A DNA stretch of 64,000 nucleotides from Pseudomonadota bacterium (GTDB taxonomy: Bacteria; Campylobacterota; Campylobacteria; Campylobacterales; Sulfurimonadaceae), in assembly GCA_043797085.1 (NCBI GenBank), contig JAZDQA010000014.1, positions 105,235 through 169,234 on the forward strand, given 5' to 3'. Made by a program: the position numbers and the translations under genes. This document shows, in pieces, positions 21,006 to 31,639 of this stretch. Under the pieces are notes generated by a model, which saw nothing but the letters and a program-made list of their open reading frames with translations, made no database searches and was not told the origin of the DNA. The number at the start of each line of letters is the position of its first letter. The stretch's first letter is position 1.

Positions 21006-21642
21006 TAAAGCGTCCAATGACGCTCTCACCTGCTCGCACATCAGCGCCTGGATGAACTTTTAAAGTAACATCGCTTGGGAGATAAAGAATGGTTCTGCCA
21101 CGAGCTAAAAATCCATAGCGAGACCCTTCTTTCATCTTATCACCCGCTTCGCCCTCAATAGCTATCGGAAAACAGCTTCGATCACTCAGATGTTCCATAA
21201 AGATTTCATTGCCTTCAACAGATTTAAAAGAGAGAACTACTTTTTCATTTAGTTCCTCAGAGAGTGGATGATGCAGCGCCAATGAAACGCCATGACGAAT
21301 ACGAGAGCCTTCCATAACACCATCAAAAGGGGCACGCAACATGGAGACATTCCACAGCCCGTTAAGAAGGGTAATTTTTTTCATCATCCGGTCGTTGATA
21401 AGGGTATCTTCAATCCCTAAAACAACTCCATCAACACTGCTAATAATAGAAGAAGTTTCTCCCAGCACGGCATTGCGCTCAGGGTTTCGAAATAAAAGGA
21501 GAAAGGCAATCAGCAGTGCGCCAACTAGAAATTGGAAAAGATGTAATCCCGTCATTATAAAAAAGAGCAAAAAAGTTGCTGTCAATATAATTGGAAGCCA
21601 TCCTTGCTTAGAGAGGATAAAAGTGTCATTTTGAACGCTCAT
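20998..21642 (-). CDS. Phosphatidylserine decarboxylase-related protein, apparently lacking the catalytic Ser
   Basis: FRNPER, SSVDGVV, RAPFDG, VRAGES; GFLARGR where (F/L)GS is expected. Confidence 0.75.
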   Translation of the reverse strand: MSVQNDTFILSKQGWLPIILTATFLLFFIMTGLHLFQFLVGALLIAFLLLFRNPERNAVLGETSSIISSVDGVVLGIEDTLINDRMMKKITLLNGLWNVSMLRAPFDGVMEGSRIRHGVSLALHHPLSEELNEKVVLSFKSVEGNEIFMEHLSDRSCFPIAIEGEAGDKMKEGSRYGFLARGRTILYLPSDVTLKVHPGADVRAGESVIGRFNA

Positions 21643-21651
21643 CTATTGCTC

Positions 21652-23607
21652 CTATTCATCGATTAGAATTTTATTGGTCGACGATTTATCTTTACGAGGC
21701 TCGAGTTTTGTCTCAATAGCATTCTCAATTTCAAATTTTTCAATAATGCTACGGACTTGATCCCCTGTAATATTTTCTTTTGCGTACAGTAATTCTACCA
21801 TTTTTTCGATAGCATCACGATATTCTTCAAGACGTATTTTAACTTCTACATAACGCTCTTGAAGAGTACTTTTAATAAAGCTATCCATCTCTTCAGCCAT
21901 TTTTTCACTGTATTCTTTGGCTTGCGTCATTCCGCCGCCCAAGAATGTACTGCGCTGTTTTTCGAGAACCATCAATCCGGCAACATCACTCATACCATAC
22001 ATTTGAACCATTGCTTTAAGAATATCGGTCGTTCGCTCCAAGTCATTGGCTGCACCCGTACTTATTTCTCCAATAAACACCTCTTCAGCTGCACGTCCTG
22101 CGAGCAATACATCAATCTCTGCAATCAATTCATGACGCTGCATCAAATATTTATTCTCTTCAGGGGTATTAAGAGTATAACCAAGCGCCGCCAATCCGCG
22201 AGGAACAATAGAAACTTTCGAAACTTTTTTAGCTCCCTTGGTTGTCTCAGCCAAAAGTGCATGACCGCTCTCATGATACGCAACGATGCGCTTCTCTTTT
22301 TCATCTATTCTGCGGCTCTTTTTAGAAAGACCTGCAATAGCCCGCTCAACCGCTTCGCGTAAATCGGCTTGTCGAACCGTCTTTTGACTTTTTCGTCCTG
22401 CAAGTAATGCCGCTTCATTCACGATATTTGCCAAATCAGCCCCTGCAAGACCTGCTGTTAGACGTGCAATCTCTTCAAGATCGGCATCACTGTCAATTTT
22501 AACACCTTTGACATGAACATTTAAAATATCAATACGACCCTGATAGTCAGGCTTGTCTACCAATACTTGACGATCAAATCGTCCCGGACGAAGCAGTGCG
22601 GGATCGAGGATTTCAGGACGATTGGTTGCTGCCAAAATAATAACCGGCGTATCCGTACCAAATCCGTCCATCTCTGCTAGAAGCTGATTAAGGGTTTGCT
22701 CGCGCTCATCGTTACCGCCCATCATTCCGCCCGCTGCACGACTTTTACCAATGGCATCAATCTCGTCGATAAAAATAATCGACGGAGCATCTTTTTTGGC
22801 TTGCTCAAACAAATCACGGACCCGTGCAGCACCGACACCGACGAACATTTCGATAAAACTCGAACCCGAAACAGAGAAAAAGGGGACATCCGCTTCACCT
22901 GCGACCGCTTTTGCCAACAAGGTTTTCCCAGTTCCTGGACTTCCTACAAGCAAGACACCCTTAGGAATTTTAGCTCCTAGTTCTACATATCGACCCGGAG
23001 ATTTTAAGAAATCAACAATTTCTAAAACTTCTTCTTTTGCCTCTTGAGCACCGGCAACATCGTCAAATTTGGTTTTTGGTTTTTCCGAATTGACCAGTTT
23101 TTTAGAACTTCCCATTCCCAATATTCCGCCACCCATACTTTTTTGCATACGACCTGCAAAAAACATCCAAATAGCAATAATAATCAAGAAAGGAAATAGC
23201 CAACCAAACATTTCAGTAAACCAATTGCTTTCATTAAAACCGCTGTAATCAATATTTTGCTTATCCAAAAGATCCGTTAATTTAGTATCTTCCCCTAAAA
23301 TACGACGAGTTGTGTATGCTGTTTTACTAGCACCATCTGCGCTTAATGCACGAATATACGTCTGCCCAATCGCCACTTTTTCAACTTGCTTGTTAATAAT
23401 CAGCTTTTTAAGCTCTGCGTAACTCACCTCTTGCGTACGTGTTGCGGACGAGCCGTTTACTTTTGAACTTAAGTCACCGCCATCGCCAACAAATGCTTTA
23501 AAAAGCAGTATGACGACAATTGAAAAGACGGCAAAAGTGATTAAAGGATTTTTGTTAAAAAAATTATCATTTTTATTCGATGGAGTCGGTTTTTCTGGTT
23601 GTGCCAC
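21652..23607 (-). CDS. ftsH: ATP-dependent zinc metalloprotease FtsH
   Basis: Two TM helices, [27 protein letters not shown]. Confidence 0.98.
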   Translation of the reverse strand: MAQPEKPTPSNKNDNFFNKNPLITFAVFSIVVILLFKAFVGDGGDLSSKVNGSSATRTQEVSYAELKKLIINKQVEKVAIGQTYIRALSADGASKTAYTTRRILGEDTKLTDLLDKQNIDYSGFNESNWFTEMFGWLFPFLIIIAIWMFFAGRMQKSMGGGILGMGSSKKLVNSEKPKTKFDDVAGAQEAKEEVLEIVDFLKSPGRYVELGAKIPKGVLLVGSPGTGKTLLAKAVAGEADVPFFSVSGSSFIEMFVGVGAARVRDLFEQAKKDAPSIIFIDEIDAIGKSRAAGGMMGGNDEREQTLNQLLAEMDGFGTDTPVIILAATNRPEILDPALLRPGRFDRQVLVDKPDYQGRIDILNVHVKGVKIDSDADLEEIARLTAGLAGADLANIVNEAALLAGRKSQKTVRQADLREAVERAIAGLSKKSRRIDEKEKRIVAYHESGHALLAETTKGAKKVSKVSIVPRGLAALGYTLNTPEENKYLMQRHELIAEIDVLLAGRAAEEVFIGEISTGAANDLERTTDILKAMVQMYGMSDVAGLMVLEKQRSTFLGGGMTQAKEYSEKMAEEMDSFIKSTLQERYVEVKIRLEEYRDAIEKMVELLYAKENITGDQVRSIIEKFEIENAIETKLEPRKDKSSTNKILIDE

Positions 23608-23611
23608 GTGA

Positions 23612-24442
23612 TTATTCCTTTTTGGTGAGTACGAGTGTTACCCATTCGTTTTCAACGATTCGTTCACTAAGTTCGTATGTTTTGTATGCGCGCAGAACTT
23701 TATCTTCATATTTATCCATTATCCCTGAAAGAATTAACACTCCTCCATTGCGTAACCGTTTTTTCAGGTCACTGGCAATAAAGACAAGCACATCAGCAAC
23801 AATATTAGCAACAATGATATCGTACACTTCATCCGTCTCTTGAACGGGCCCTTCCCAAAGTCTTCGATACGATACCTTATTTTGTTCGGCATTAACAATA
23901 GCATTTTCAACAGAAAGAGGATCTGTATCGCACGCATCAACAATAGCCCCTTTGCGCAGCGCTGCCATCGCTAAAATTCCGCTGCCACATCCTACATCCA
24001 TAAGAGTATCACCCTCATTTACGTAACTTGAAATAGCCCGTAAGCACGATGCCGTTGTGGGATGATGCCCTGTTCCAAAAGCTAATGCTGGATCAATTAC
24101 GATATTCAACATCCCCTCTTTTGGTGCTTCCCATGTTGGATGAATGTAAAATGGAGCTATTTCTATTGGAGTAATTCCCTGCTGATATTGAGCAATCCAG
24201 TCATTATTTTTTTCTTTAGTAAGAATGAGTTCTAAATCAATCACTTCGCCCAGTGCACTTTGTAGTGCTTCGGCAAACTGCTCAATGCCCCAACTCACCG
24301 TCTCTAAGTTTTCTTCACTTCGGACAATGAATCCCTCATCAATTTCTTCGAAACCAACCGGTATCACATCCACTAAAAAATCACCGAATAGTTCAATATG
24401 AGCTGATGGTTTAACCACCAGCATGTAATAATAATCTTGCAT
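23612..24442 (-). CDS. prmA: Ribosomal protein L11 methyltransferase
   Basis: DPALAFGTGHHPTT, DVGCGSGIL, ANI, LILSGI. Confidence 0.95.
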   Translation of the reverse strand: MQDYYYMLVVKPSAHIELFGDFLVDVIPVGFEEIDEGFIVRSEENLETVSWGIEQFAEALQSALGEVIDLELILTKEKNNDWIAQYQQGITPIEIAPFYIHPTWEAPKEGMLNIVIDPALAFGTGHHPTTASCLRAISSYVNEGDTLMDVGCGSGILAMAALRKGAIVDACDTDPLSVENAIVNAEQNKVSYRRLWEGPVQETDEVYDIIVANIVADVLVFIASDLKKRLRNGGVLILSGIMDKYEDKVLRAYKTYELSERIVENEWVTLVLTKKE

Positions 24443-24816
24443 TATACCTCAGTGCCGAGAACTGCTGAAAGTTTTTCTTTGAGAACTTGAGGAGTAAAAG
24501 GCTTAACAATGTAGTTGTTGACCCCTGCTTTGAGGGCAGTAATTACTTCTGCTTTTCCCCCTTCAGTTGTGACCATAATAATGGGAAGATCAGAAAAACG
24601 AGCATCTGAACGCACCTTTTTAACCAATTCCAACCCATTCATTTCTGGCATATTCCAATCCGTGATCAACATTCCGATATCAGAATTTTCGTTTAAAGCC
24701 GCCCATCCTTGAAGTCCGTCCTCTCCTTCGAGCACCTCATCATATCCAAGACGTGAAAGAGTATTTTTAATAATGCGACGCATTGTTGAGCTGTCATCTA
24801 CAACTAATAATTTCAA
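24442..24816 (-). CDS. cheY: Chemotaxis response regulator CheY
   Basis: VDDSSTMRRI, DWNMPEMNG, KPFTP; TTG start. Confidence 0.95.
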   Translation of the reverse strand: MKLLVVDDSSTMRRIIKNTLSRLGYDEVLEGEDGLQGWAALNENSDIGMLITDWNMPEMNGLELVKKVRSDARFSDLPIIMVTTEGGKAEVITALKAGVNNYIVKPFTPQVLKEKLSAVLGTEV

Positions 24817-24890
24817 AGCGTTTCCTTTGTAATCTAGATAATTTTAAAGAATAATTGTCCAATAATAGCTAAATGAACTTTGTGTGAAGT

Positions 24891-25589
24891 TTAAAAAAAA
24901 CGTTTTAGTTCAATTCTACCCTCATAAAATGCTTTTCCGACAATAACACCTTCAATTTCACCCGTTAAGAGTAACGTTTCAATGTCTGAGTCATCTTTCA
25001 CTCCACCGCTGGCAATGGTTGGTATTCCCGAAGCTCTTGCGATTTCAAGGGTAAACTCGACATTCACACCGCTAAGGGTTCCATCACGTCCCACATCGGT
25101 ACAAATAATCGCTTCCACACCTGCATCCGCAAACAATCGAGCCAAATCAGTTGCCCGCATTTCACTCACTTCACCCCAACCCTCAACGGCTACAAATCCA
25201 TCAATGGCATCAATACCGACCACGATAGGATATTTTGCCGCCATTGCTTTTACGAATTCAGGGTCACGAAGCGCAATGGAGCCTAAAATCAAACGATCAA
25301 TACCGAGTTCTAAATAACGTATGATGGTCGCCTCATCACGAATCCCGCCTCCAAGCTGTAGCTTGACATTACAATTTTCACGAATAGCGCGAATTTGCTC
25401 CAAATTTTTGGGCTCACCTGCGAAAGCACCGTTTAGATCCACCAAATGAACCCATTGCGCACCCATCTCTTCAAACGTTTTTACCAATTCCCATGGGGTA
25501 TCGGAGTAGATTTTTGCACTCTCCATAAGCCCTTTGGTGAGACGAACGGCTTTGCCGTCTTTTAAATCGATTGCTGGGAAAATAGTCAT
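24891..25589 (-). CDS. hisA: ProFAR isomerase
   Basis: [26 protein letters not shown]. Confidence 0.96.
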   Translation of the reverse strand: MTIFPAIDLKDGKAVRLTKGLMESAKIYSDTPWELVKTFEEMGAQWVHLVDLNGAFAGEPKNLEQIRAIRENCNVKLQLGGGIRDEATIIRYLELGIDRLILGSIALRDPEFVKAMAAKYPIVVGIDAIDGFVAVEGWGEVSEMRATDLARLFADAGVEAIICTDVGRDGTLSGVNVEFTLEIARASGIPTIASGGVKDDSDIETLLLTGEIEGVIVGKAFYEGRIELKRFF

Positions 25590-25637
25590 TGATACACCTT
25601 TTTAGATATTTAAATATCCCACATTATGTGGATAACA

Positions 25638-26249
25638 TCACAAATTAATAAAATTTTGTAATATTTTCAAGCCGTTATGATGGCTTTTTTCCGGATGAGG
25701 CTGAATCCCCATCACGTTATCATGCGCAATAGCACTCGTAAAACGGTAGCCATAAACGCTCTCTCCGATACTATCCGCTTCATTGTCACACATGGCATGA
25801 TAGGAGTGAACAAAATAGAGATAATGGGCTTCATCCAATCCTTCAAACAACGGATGTTCTTTGGTAAACATCCTGTTCCATCCGATATGTGGTACTTTTA
25901 ACGGTGTATGAAAGCGGCTCGTATCAAATGCTACAACCCGACCTTTTATAAGTCCGAGTCCCTCATTTATTCCAAATTCTTCGCTCGAATCAAATAATAA
26001 TTGCATTCCCAAACAAATACCCAATAAATATTTGCCGCTTTGCGCATATTCACGTACAGCTTCATCCATCCCACGTGCGCTCAAATGCTCCATCGCATCT
26101 CCAAATGCCCCAACGCCCGGTAAAATCAGCTTGTCATACCCAGAGAGTTTATGTGGATCCGATTCAACCACCACTTTTTCACCGAGAAGATCAAATGCAT
26201 TTTTAACACTGGCGAGATTGCCCATGTTGTAATCCACAATCGCTATCAT
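25638..26249 (-). CDS. hisH: Imidazole glycerol phosphate synthase glutaminase subunit
   Basis: PGVGAF, GICLGMQ, HPEKS. Confidence 0.96.
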   Translation of the reverse strand: MIAIVDYNMGNLASVKNAFDLLGEKVVVESDPHKLSGYDKLILPGVGAFGDAMEHLSARGMDEAVREYAQSGKYLLGICLGMQLLFDSSEEFGINEGLGLIKGRVVAFDTSRFHTPLKVPHIGWNRMFTKEHPLFEGLDEAHYLYFVHSYHAMCDNEADSIGESVYGYRFTSAIAHDNVMGIQPHPEKSHHNGLKILQNFINL

Positions 26250-27154
26250 TGATAATCCTTTTCGTGGGTAAGACGAATATAGACAGCCAATCCTATCAAC
26301 AACGCTGACACCCCTCCAATAATATAAATAGCATTAATCAACATGGCAGGTTCGGTCATTGCAAATTTGAATACAAGCATTAACGCTTCGATAGAGAGGG
26401 CAATGATGATGGAGCCTAAAAATCGAACCATGGTTTTATGAATATTCGAAGCAGGATCTTTTTTCGACCGCCCTAAAACTTCTTCTTCGAAAAGCGTTTT
26501 CACCAAATCAAACGTTGCAAGAGAGAGAGTTAATAAAATTGTCGATTCAAAAATATCTTTAATCTCAATTTTTCCATAATGACCAAAACCGTACATTAAA
26601 AACCCTTCGATCCCTTTGACAAAAAGGAGTAAGGCAACAAACGCCAATGCAACCGAAAAAATAGTGTATATAGTACGAAAAAATTTACCCGCATGACTCT
26701 CCAAAGCCAAAGGATGGGCGATTCGAAGAACTTCGGTTAAAGGTACATCCAAACATGCCACAAAAATAATTTCCCCATGCTCATCAAAGATAGGCTCTGA
26801 GGCGGTAACGGTTAATTCATCATTGAGCAACGAGGGATAAGGATCGGTAATCGTACAACGACGCTCGTGCATTGCACGGTAATAATAGGCTCGCGTAGAG
26901 CGATTTTTACCCGCATCTTCCTCTTTTTTCCCCTCTTTAAGATACGTAGGACCAACTTGATTTCCAGCAGCATCCAGCAAATAAACCGCTTCTGCCCCCT
27001 GCAAATCCCCTTTTATTTTACGAAGACGCGCAGTAATGGCTTCAGCCGTTGCTGAGGGGAGATGATTTGGAAGGTTTTTTTGAAAAAGATAGCAAAAATA
27101 TGCTCGTGCTTTTGGGCGAATTTCAGAAAATTGCTGTATGTCTTGAATAACCAT
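26246..27154 (-). CDS. PDC/Cache-like sensor domain fused to a four-TM (PsiE-like) membrane domain
   Basis: YLLDAAGNQ...RAYY...ITDPYPS Cache signature; four C-terminal hydrophobic segments. Confidence 0.65.
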   Translation of the reverse strand: MVIQDIQQFSEIRPKARAYFCYLFQKNLPNHLPSATAEAITARLRKIKGDLQGAEAVYLLDAAGNQVGPTYLKEGKKEEDAGKNRSTRAYYYRAMHERRCTITDPYPSLLNDELTVTASEPIFDEHGEIIFVACLDVPLTEVLRIAHPLALESHAGKFFRTIYTIFSVALAFVALLLFVKGIEGFLMYGFGHYGKIEIKDIFESTILLTLSLATFDLVKTLFEEEVLGRSKKDPASNIHKTMVRFLGSIIIALSIEALMLVFKFAMTEPAMLINAIYIIGGVSALLIGLAVYIRLTHEKDYQ

Positions 27155-27219
27155 TTTTGCTCTCCAACCCTCATTAATAATTAGGCGGATTATAGCTTAG
27201 TTGCGCTATAGTTATCCTT

Positions 27220-28200
27220 ATGAAAAGTCCTAATATCCGTATCGCAATCGTCCGTCTCAGTGCGCTCGGTGACATTGTCAACACTGCTGTTGTGCTGAAA
27301 ATTATCCACAGTTATTACCCTGATGCCTTGATTGATTGGTTCGTGGAAGAGGCGTTTGCCCCGATACTCCTAAATCATCCGCTGATTCATGAAGTGATTC
27401 CCGTCCCGCTCAAACGTCTCAAAAAAAACAAAAGTTTTAGCCTCTTAAAAGAGATGATTCACACCCTCAAATCCCGTGAACGCTATGACCATATTATCGA
27501 TGCACAAGGGCTTCTTAAATCGGCGATTGTTGCCTCTTTTCTTCCCGGTAACGTGCATGGGTTTGATAAGCAAAGTGCCCGTGAATCAATCGCCTCGTGG
27601 TTTTATGCCACTGCTTCATCCATCCCCTACGAAATCAGTGTAATACGGCGTAATGTGATGGTGATAACCGAAGCGTTAAATATCCCCTACTCCGACGTGC
27701 TGATAGAGCAAAAAACTCCGGTATTTGATACTCCCGCAGCCTCTCATGAAAAGAAAATCGCCCTTGTCATCGGTGCATCGTGGCAAAGTAAATGTTATCC
27801 CAAAGAGCACTTTGCCCTACTGTGTGATTTGCTCCCCTACCCTTGCCATCTTGTTTGGGGAAGTGCTGGCGAATACGAGGATGCAGTGTGGATACAAGAA
27901 CATTCCAAGAATGCTATTGTTACGCCCAAAATGTCTTTAAAAGAACTGGTGGATTTTATCGCAAACTGCATGCTCACCATCGGAAATGACACCGGACCTA
28001 CCCATATCGCGTGGGCAATGAACAAAGCATCTATCACCCTCTTTGGTCCGACCAATGAACGGATGATTTATCCTACTTCTATCAATATCGGGATAAAATC
28101 TCCCTCGAAAGTTGATGTTTTTCATATCAACCGCAATGATTTTTCAATTAGTCAAATCGACCCGCATCTCATTGCGACAAAAGCCAAGGAACTTTTATAA
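27220..28200 (+). CDS. waaC: Lipopolysaccharide heptosyltransferase I
   Basis: RLSALGDIV, DAQGLLKSA, GNDTGPTHIA. Confidence 0.92.
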   Translation: MKSPNIRIAIVRLSALGDIVNTAVVLKIIHSYYPDALIDWFVEEAFAPILLNHPLIHEVIPVPLKRLKKNKSFSLLKEMIHTLKSRERYDHIIDAQGLLKSAIVASFLPGNVHGFDKQSARESIASWFYATASSIPYEISVIRRNVMVITEALNIPYSDVLIEQKTPVFDTPAASHEKKIALVIGASWQSKCYPKEHFALLCDLLPYPCHLVWGSAGEYEDAVWIQEHSKNAIVTPKMSLKELVDFIANCMLTIGNDTGPTHIAWAMNKASITLFGPTNERMIYPTSINIGIKSPSKVDVFHINRNDFSISQIDPHLIATKAKELL

Positions 28201-29078
28201 TGATGTATCGTCTATTTTTACTTTTGGATTCCTTTTTAATGAAGCTGTCGCACAGTTGGCGCAAAAAGATATTTACCTCACTCGCATCTCTCGCTCATGT
28301 TTTTGCTTTTTCACGAAATCGGATTATTCAAGCCAATTTAGATTTTGCTTTTAAAGATGAGCTCACTCTGACTCAAAAAAAAGAAATTGAGCACTATTGT
28401 TATCGGAATTTAGCCCTTAATTTTTTACAAGTAATGGAAAACCGACGAAATAATGCCGATGATTTACAATCTCAAGTGACTTTTCAAAACCTGACAGTTG
28501 TTGAAACCCTTTTGCGTGAAAATCGGGGAATTATTTTTGTCTCTGCCCATTTTGGGAATTGGGAACTTGGTGGGGCTGCGCTCTCATCTCTGATCACCCC
28601 TGTTTCCTCCATCTATAAAGAGTTTAGCACTTCTGAATTTGATCCCTATTTGCTTCAAGCACGGACAAATCATCAAATGCTGCTTGCAGAAAAAAATGGT
28701 GCTCTTAAACATATCGCCAAAGCTCTTAAGAGCGGTCGCTCTATTTTGCTTATGATCGATCAAGCCAGCAATGCACGTGCAGGGGTAAAAGTTGATTTTT
28801 TTGGGCATGAGACATACCAATCGTCTACCCCTGCTGCGTTATCCGCAAAATTCAATGCTCCTATCGTCGGTGTTTATATTGTCTCACTCCATGAACAGCA
28901 CTATACGATTACGTTTGAAAATCCCATTGAAGTAAAAAGTAATGAGAAAAAAGACATTTTAGACGCCACACAAGCACAGTCTGATGATCTTGAAAAAGTA
29001 ATTCGCGCCAATCCAAAGCTCTGGTTTTGGTGCCACAAGCGATGGAAGGGTGAATTTAAAGAGATTTACGCAGGATAA
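28200..29078 (+). CDS. lpxL: Lipid A lauroyl/late acyltransferase (HtrB/LpxL)
   Basis: SAHFGNWE, DQ, FFG, WFWCHKRWK. Confidence 0.9.
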   Translation: MMYRLFLLLDSFLMKLSHSWRKKIFTSLASLAHVFAFSRNRIIQANLDFAFKDELTLTQKKEIEHYCYRNLALNFLQVMENRRNNADDLQSQVTFQNLTVVETLLRENRGIIFVSAHFGNWELGGAALSSLITPVSSIYKEFSTSEFDPYLLQARTNHQMLLAEKNGALKHIAKALKSGRSILLMIDQASNARAGVKVDFFGHETYQSSTPAALSAKFNAPIVGVYIVSLHEQHYTITFENPIEVKSNEKKDILDATQAQSDDLEKVIRANPKLWFWCHKRWKGEFKEIYAG

Positions 29079-29752
29079 GCCGTTTTTAGTGCTTTGTACA
29101 ACTCATCGGGCGTCATCTCAGGATTATTTTCCCATGAAAGTTTCATTACGGCGTTGTCTTCCAATCCGTTCCAAATTTTGATATAACTTCCCTCTTTATA
29201 TCCATGGTCTTGACGGAATTGATTGAGGATATTTTTACCGACATAGAGACGATACAGTTGTGTCGTATTCAATGCACCCAAATACGCCAGATCCAAAAAC
29301 TCTTCGACTATCGCACCAATCATCTCTGGAGAAATCGGAATCAGGGAAAGACGCATAACGTTTTCGATTTTAACCATAAGGAGATCATCTCCGCCAAAAG
29401 GAAGCGGTGCTTCGCCGTTTAATTTTTGATATTCCGGTGTATTGTAAATTCTTTGCGCCAACTCTTCCACTGCTTCCGCACCATTGGCTTTCGTAAATTC
29501 CAATACTAAACTCATCACAAAATGCCAGACATCAACAATCTCGATTTGCAAGTTGGCATAATCGGTCGGTTGGGCAATACTTTTCCAATGTTTCCATCCA
29601 AAAGAATCAATCATTTCGGCAGACTCCATCGTAATGCATCGGCGCCAGTTGATTATTTTTCCGTGTTTCGTTACCCCTTTTTCCCAACCAATTCCATTGG
29701 TAGCATCATTGAGTTGTTGCTGAAGTTGTAACATTGAAAGTAATTTAGTCAT
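29066..29752 (-). CDS. dut: Dimeric (all-alpha) dUTP diphosphatase
   Basis: WKHWK, EIVDVWHF, KNILNQFRQDHGYKEG. Confidence 0.93.
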   Translation of the reverse strand: MTKLLSMLQLQQQLNDATNGIGWEKGVTKHGKIINWRRCITMESAEMIDSFGWKHWKSIAQPTDYANLQIEIVDVWHFVMSLVLEFTKANGAEAVEELAQRIYNTPEYQKLNGEAPLPFGGDDLLMVKIENVMRLSLIPISPEMIGAIVEEFLDLAYLGALNTTQLYRLYVGKNILNQFRQDHGYKEGSYIKIWNGLEDNAVMKLSWENNPEMTPDELYKALKTAYPA

Positions 29753-29794
29753 CTCTATCCTTTAAAAAGTTTCAAATTATAGGTAAAATTCCCT

Positions 29795-29971
29795 ATGCAA
29801 AAAATTATTTGTCAAAAATGTACTTATTATTTCGTCACATGGGAAGCCAATCAGCCTCACGGATGCAAAGCCTATGGGTTTAAAAGCAAAGCCATCCCCT
29901 CACAGGTTGTCCTCAATTCCAGTGGGAAACCCTGCAATTTTTTCGAACCTAAGAATCCCGTTTCCAAATAA
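29795..29971 (+). CDS. 58-aa four-Cys small protein (not in the ORF track)
   Basis: Manual translation: MQKIICQKCTYYFVTWEANQPHGCKAYGFKSKAIPSQVVLNSSGKPCNFFEPKNPVSK*; resembles a widespread small family often auto-annotated as uracil-DNA glycosylase. Confidence 0.75.
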   Translation: MQKIICQKCTYYFVTWEANQPHGCKAYGFKSKAIPSQVVLNSSGKPCNFFEPKNPVSK

Positions 29972-30362
29972 GTTTTTTACCAAAGCCCAGGGTATTATCG
30001 GTCATTTTTATCTCATCAAGACGAATTTTCCAAAGGGTTGGATTCATCACCCGTGCGTACGGAAAAGCCTCATAATAGAACTCTTTCCCCTCATCGCAAA
30101 GCATCATCTCACCCCGAAATTGTATCCCTTGAATCTTTCCAATTATCTTGGTCTCTAGTGCCACCGTCCCAGCAACCGTATGATTTTTTAAAACGTTACT
30201 ACCATGTAGAGTTTGAGATTCCGTCGCGACGATAAAAGCGATTTCTTCTGAATTATACGCATAAAAAAGGGAACAGCACCACAGTTCATCCGCATAAGTT
30301 GCCAATGAAAGGAGATGGTGGTTGGTGATAAAAGCCTCAATTTTTAAATTCATTTTTTCCAT
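29949..30362 (-). CDS. Pyridoxamine 5'-phosphate oxidase-like split-barrel protein (YhbP-like)
   Basis: HHLLSLAT...WCCSLFY...VAGTV...IQGIQF...KMTDNTLGFGKK; start set to ATG 30362. Confidence 0.85.
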   Translation of the reverse strand: MEKMNLKIEAFITNHHLLSLATYADELWCCSLFYAYNSEEIAFIVATESQTLHGSNVLKNHTVAGTVALETKIIGKIQGIQFRGEMMLCDEGKEFYYEAFPYARVMNPTLWKIRLDEIKMTDNTLGFGKKLIWKRDS

Positions 30363-30367
30363 CTTAT

Positions 30368-31639
30368 TTATCCTACAACATAAGCAATAAAAAAAGTCAA
30401 AATTGATAACAATCCCAACGCTGAAAAACTTATCCATCCAACACGATGCGATCCTAAAATGACAGCGATAAGCCCTTTTAACACATTATTACCTCCCACT
30501 GCTATCAAAACCGCAGAGATAATTGCATTTTGACTGATGGAGAAATCTGTGTTAATCAGAGAGAGTATAAAAGGATCAATATCGGTAAATCCACTGATTA
30601 ATGCCATAATATTAAGCCCTGAAATCCCATAATGCGATACAAAATACTGGGTTGCCACACTCATAAAGACAAATAAAAGGGCAAATACTAATGCCACCCC
30701 AAGTTCCAACGGATTAACGTTAAGCTGTTTTGCATGACCATCTTTTAGTATTCCATCGCTTGTAATCCGAGAAAGAATATACCCTGCAATCAAAGCGATA
30801 CCTCCAAGTGTCCCCAAAGGTATCATAATCACCTGAAAAAGGGTGAAGTTCAAAAATCCGATAATCACTAAAAGCCTAATATGCATCATTCCTGTTGCCA
30901 AGATAATAGCCGATACAAACGTATACTCGTGCGCTTCTATTGTTTTTGATTGACGCGATAACACAACCGTAGTTGCCGTAGATGAATAAATTCCTCCTAA
31001 AATACCGCTGACCAAAAATCCTTTTTCTTTAAAAAAGTAGCGTTGTAAAAGATAGCCTACATAAGAAATTCCAGAAACTACGACAACTGCCATCCATATT
31101 TTACTAAAAGACATCGGAATGATGGAAGAAATCGGAGTTGTCGGTAACAGCGGCCAGATCACGACACTGAGCAATACCAGTTTTGAAAACGTAATAATCT
31201 CTCTATTATCTACACTCTCTAACAGTATTTGAACTTGCGTTTTGGCATTGACGACAAAGACAATAGAGACAAAAATAAGTGCCGTAAACCACAACGGCTG
31301 CGTCATAATAATCGGGGCATAAGTATAAACTAACAATGCCGATAAAAGACTGATAATACCTTTTTGCTCCTCATGAAGTTTACGGTAATAAAAAAGACCA
31401 AACAATAATGCCAAAATACCAAGTCCAGCCATATAAAGTCGCCAAGAAGGGTCAAGAATATACAGAATATAGCCCAGCATTCCGATCAGCATATACGTGC
31501 GTACTGTCCCGATAAAATAAGCATTATCAAGTGTTTTTTTATACTCTCGCATCTCTAAACCCGTCAAAAAACTAAGCAGCATTGTTAGAATAAAGCGAAA
31601 ATAGTCCATCTCATAGAGACTTAAAATCGTATCAATCAT
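30368..31639 (-). CDS. MgtC/SapB-family membrane protein with DUF4010 domain
   Basis: GLEMRE...GTVRTY; GILGGIYSSTATT; GFTDIDPFILS. Confidence 0.85.
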   Translation of the reverse strand: MIDTILSLYEMDYFRFILTMLLSFLTGLEMREYKKTLDNAYFIGTVRTYMLIGMLGYILYILDPSWRLYMAGLGILALLFGLFYYRKLHEEQKGIISLLSALLVYTYAPIIMTQPLWFTALIFVSIVFVVNAKTQVQILLESVDNREIITFSKLVLLSVVIWPLLPTTPISSIIPMSFSKIWMAVVVVSGISYVGYLLQRYFFKEKGFLVSGILGGIYSSTATTVVLSRQSKTIEAHEYTFVSAIILATGMMHIRLLVIIGFLNFTLFQVIMIPLGTLGGIALIAGYILSRITSDGILKDGHAKQLNVNPLELGVALVFALLFVFMSVATQYFVSHYGISGLNIMALISGFTDIDPFILSLINTDFSISQNAIISAVLIAVGGNNVLKGLIAVILGSHRVGWISFSALGLLSILTFFIAYVVG

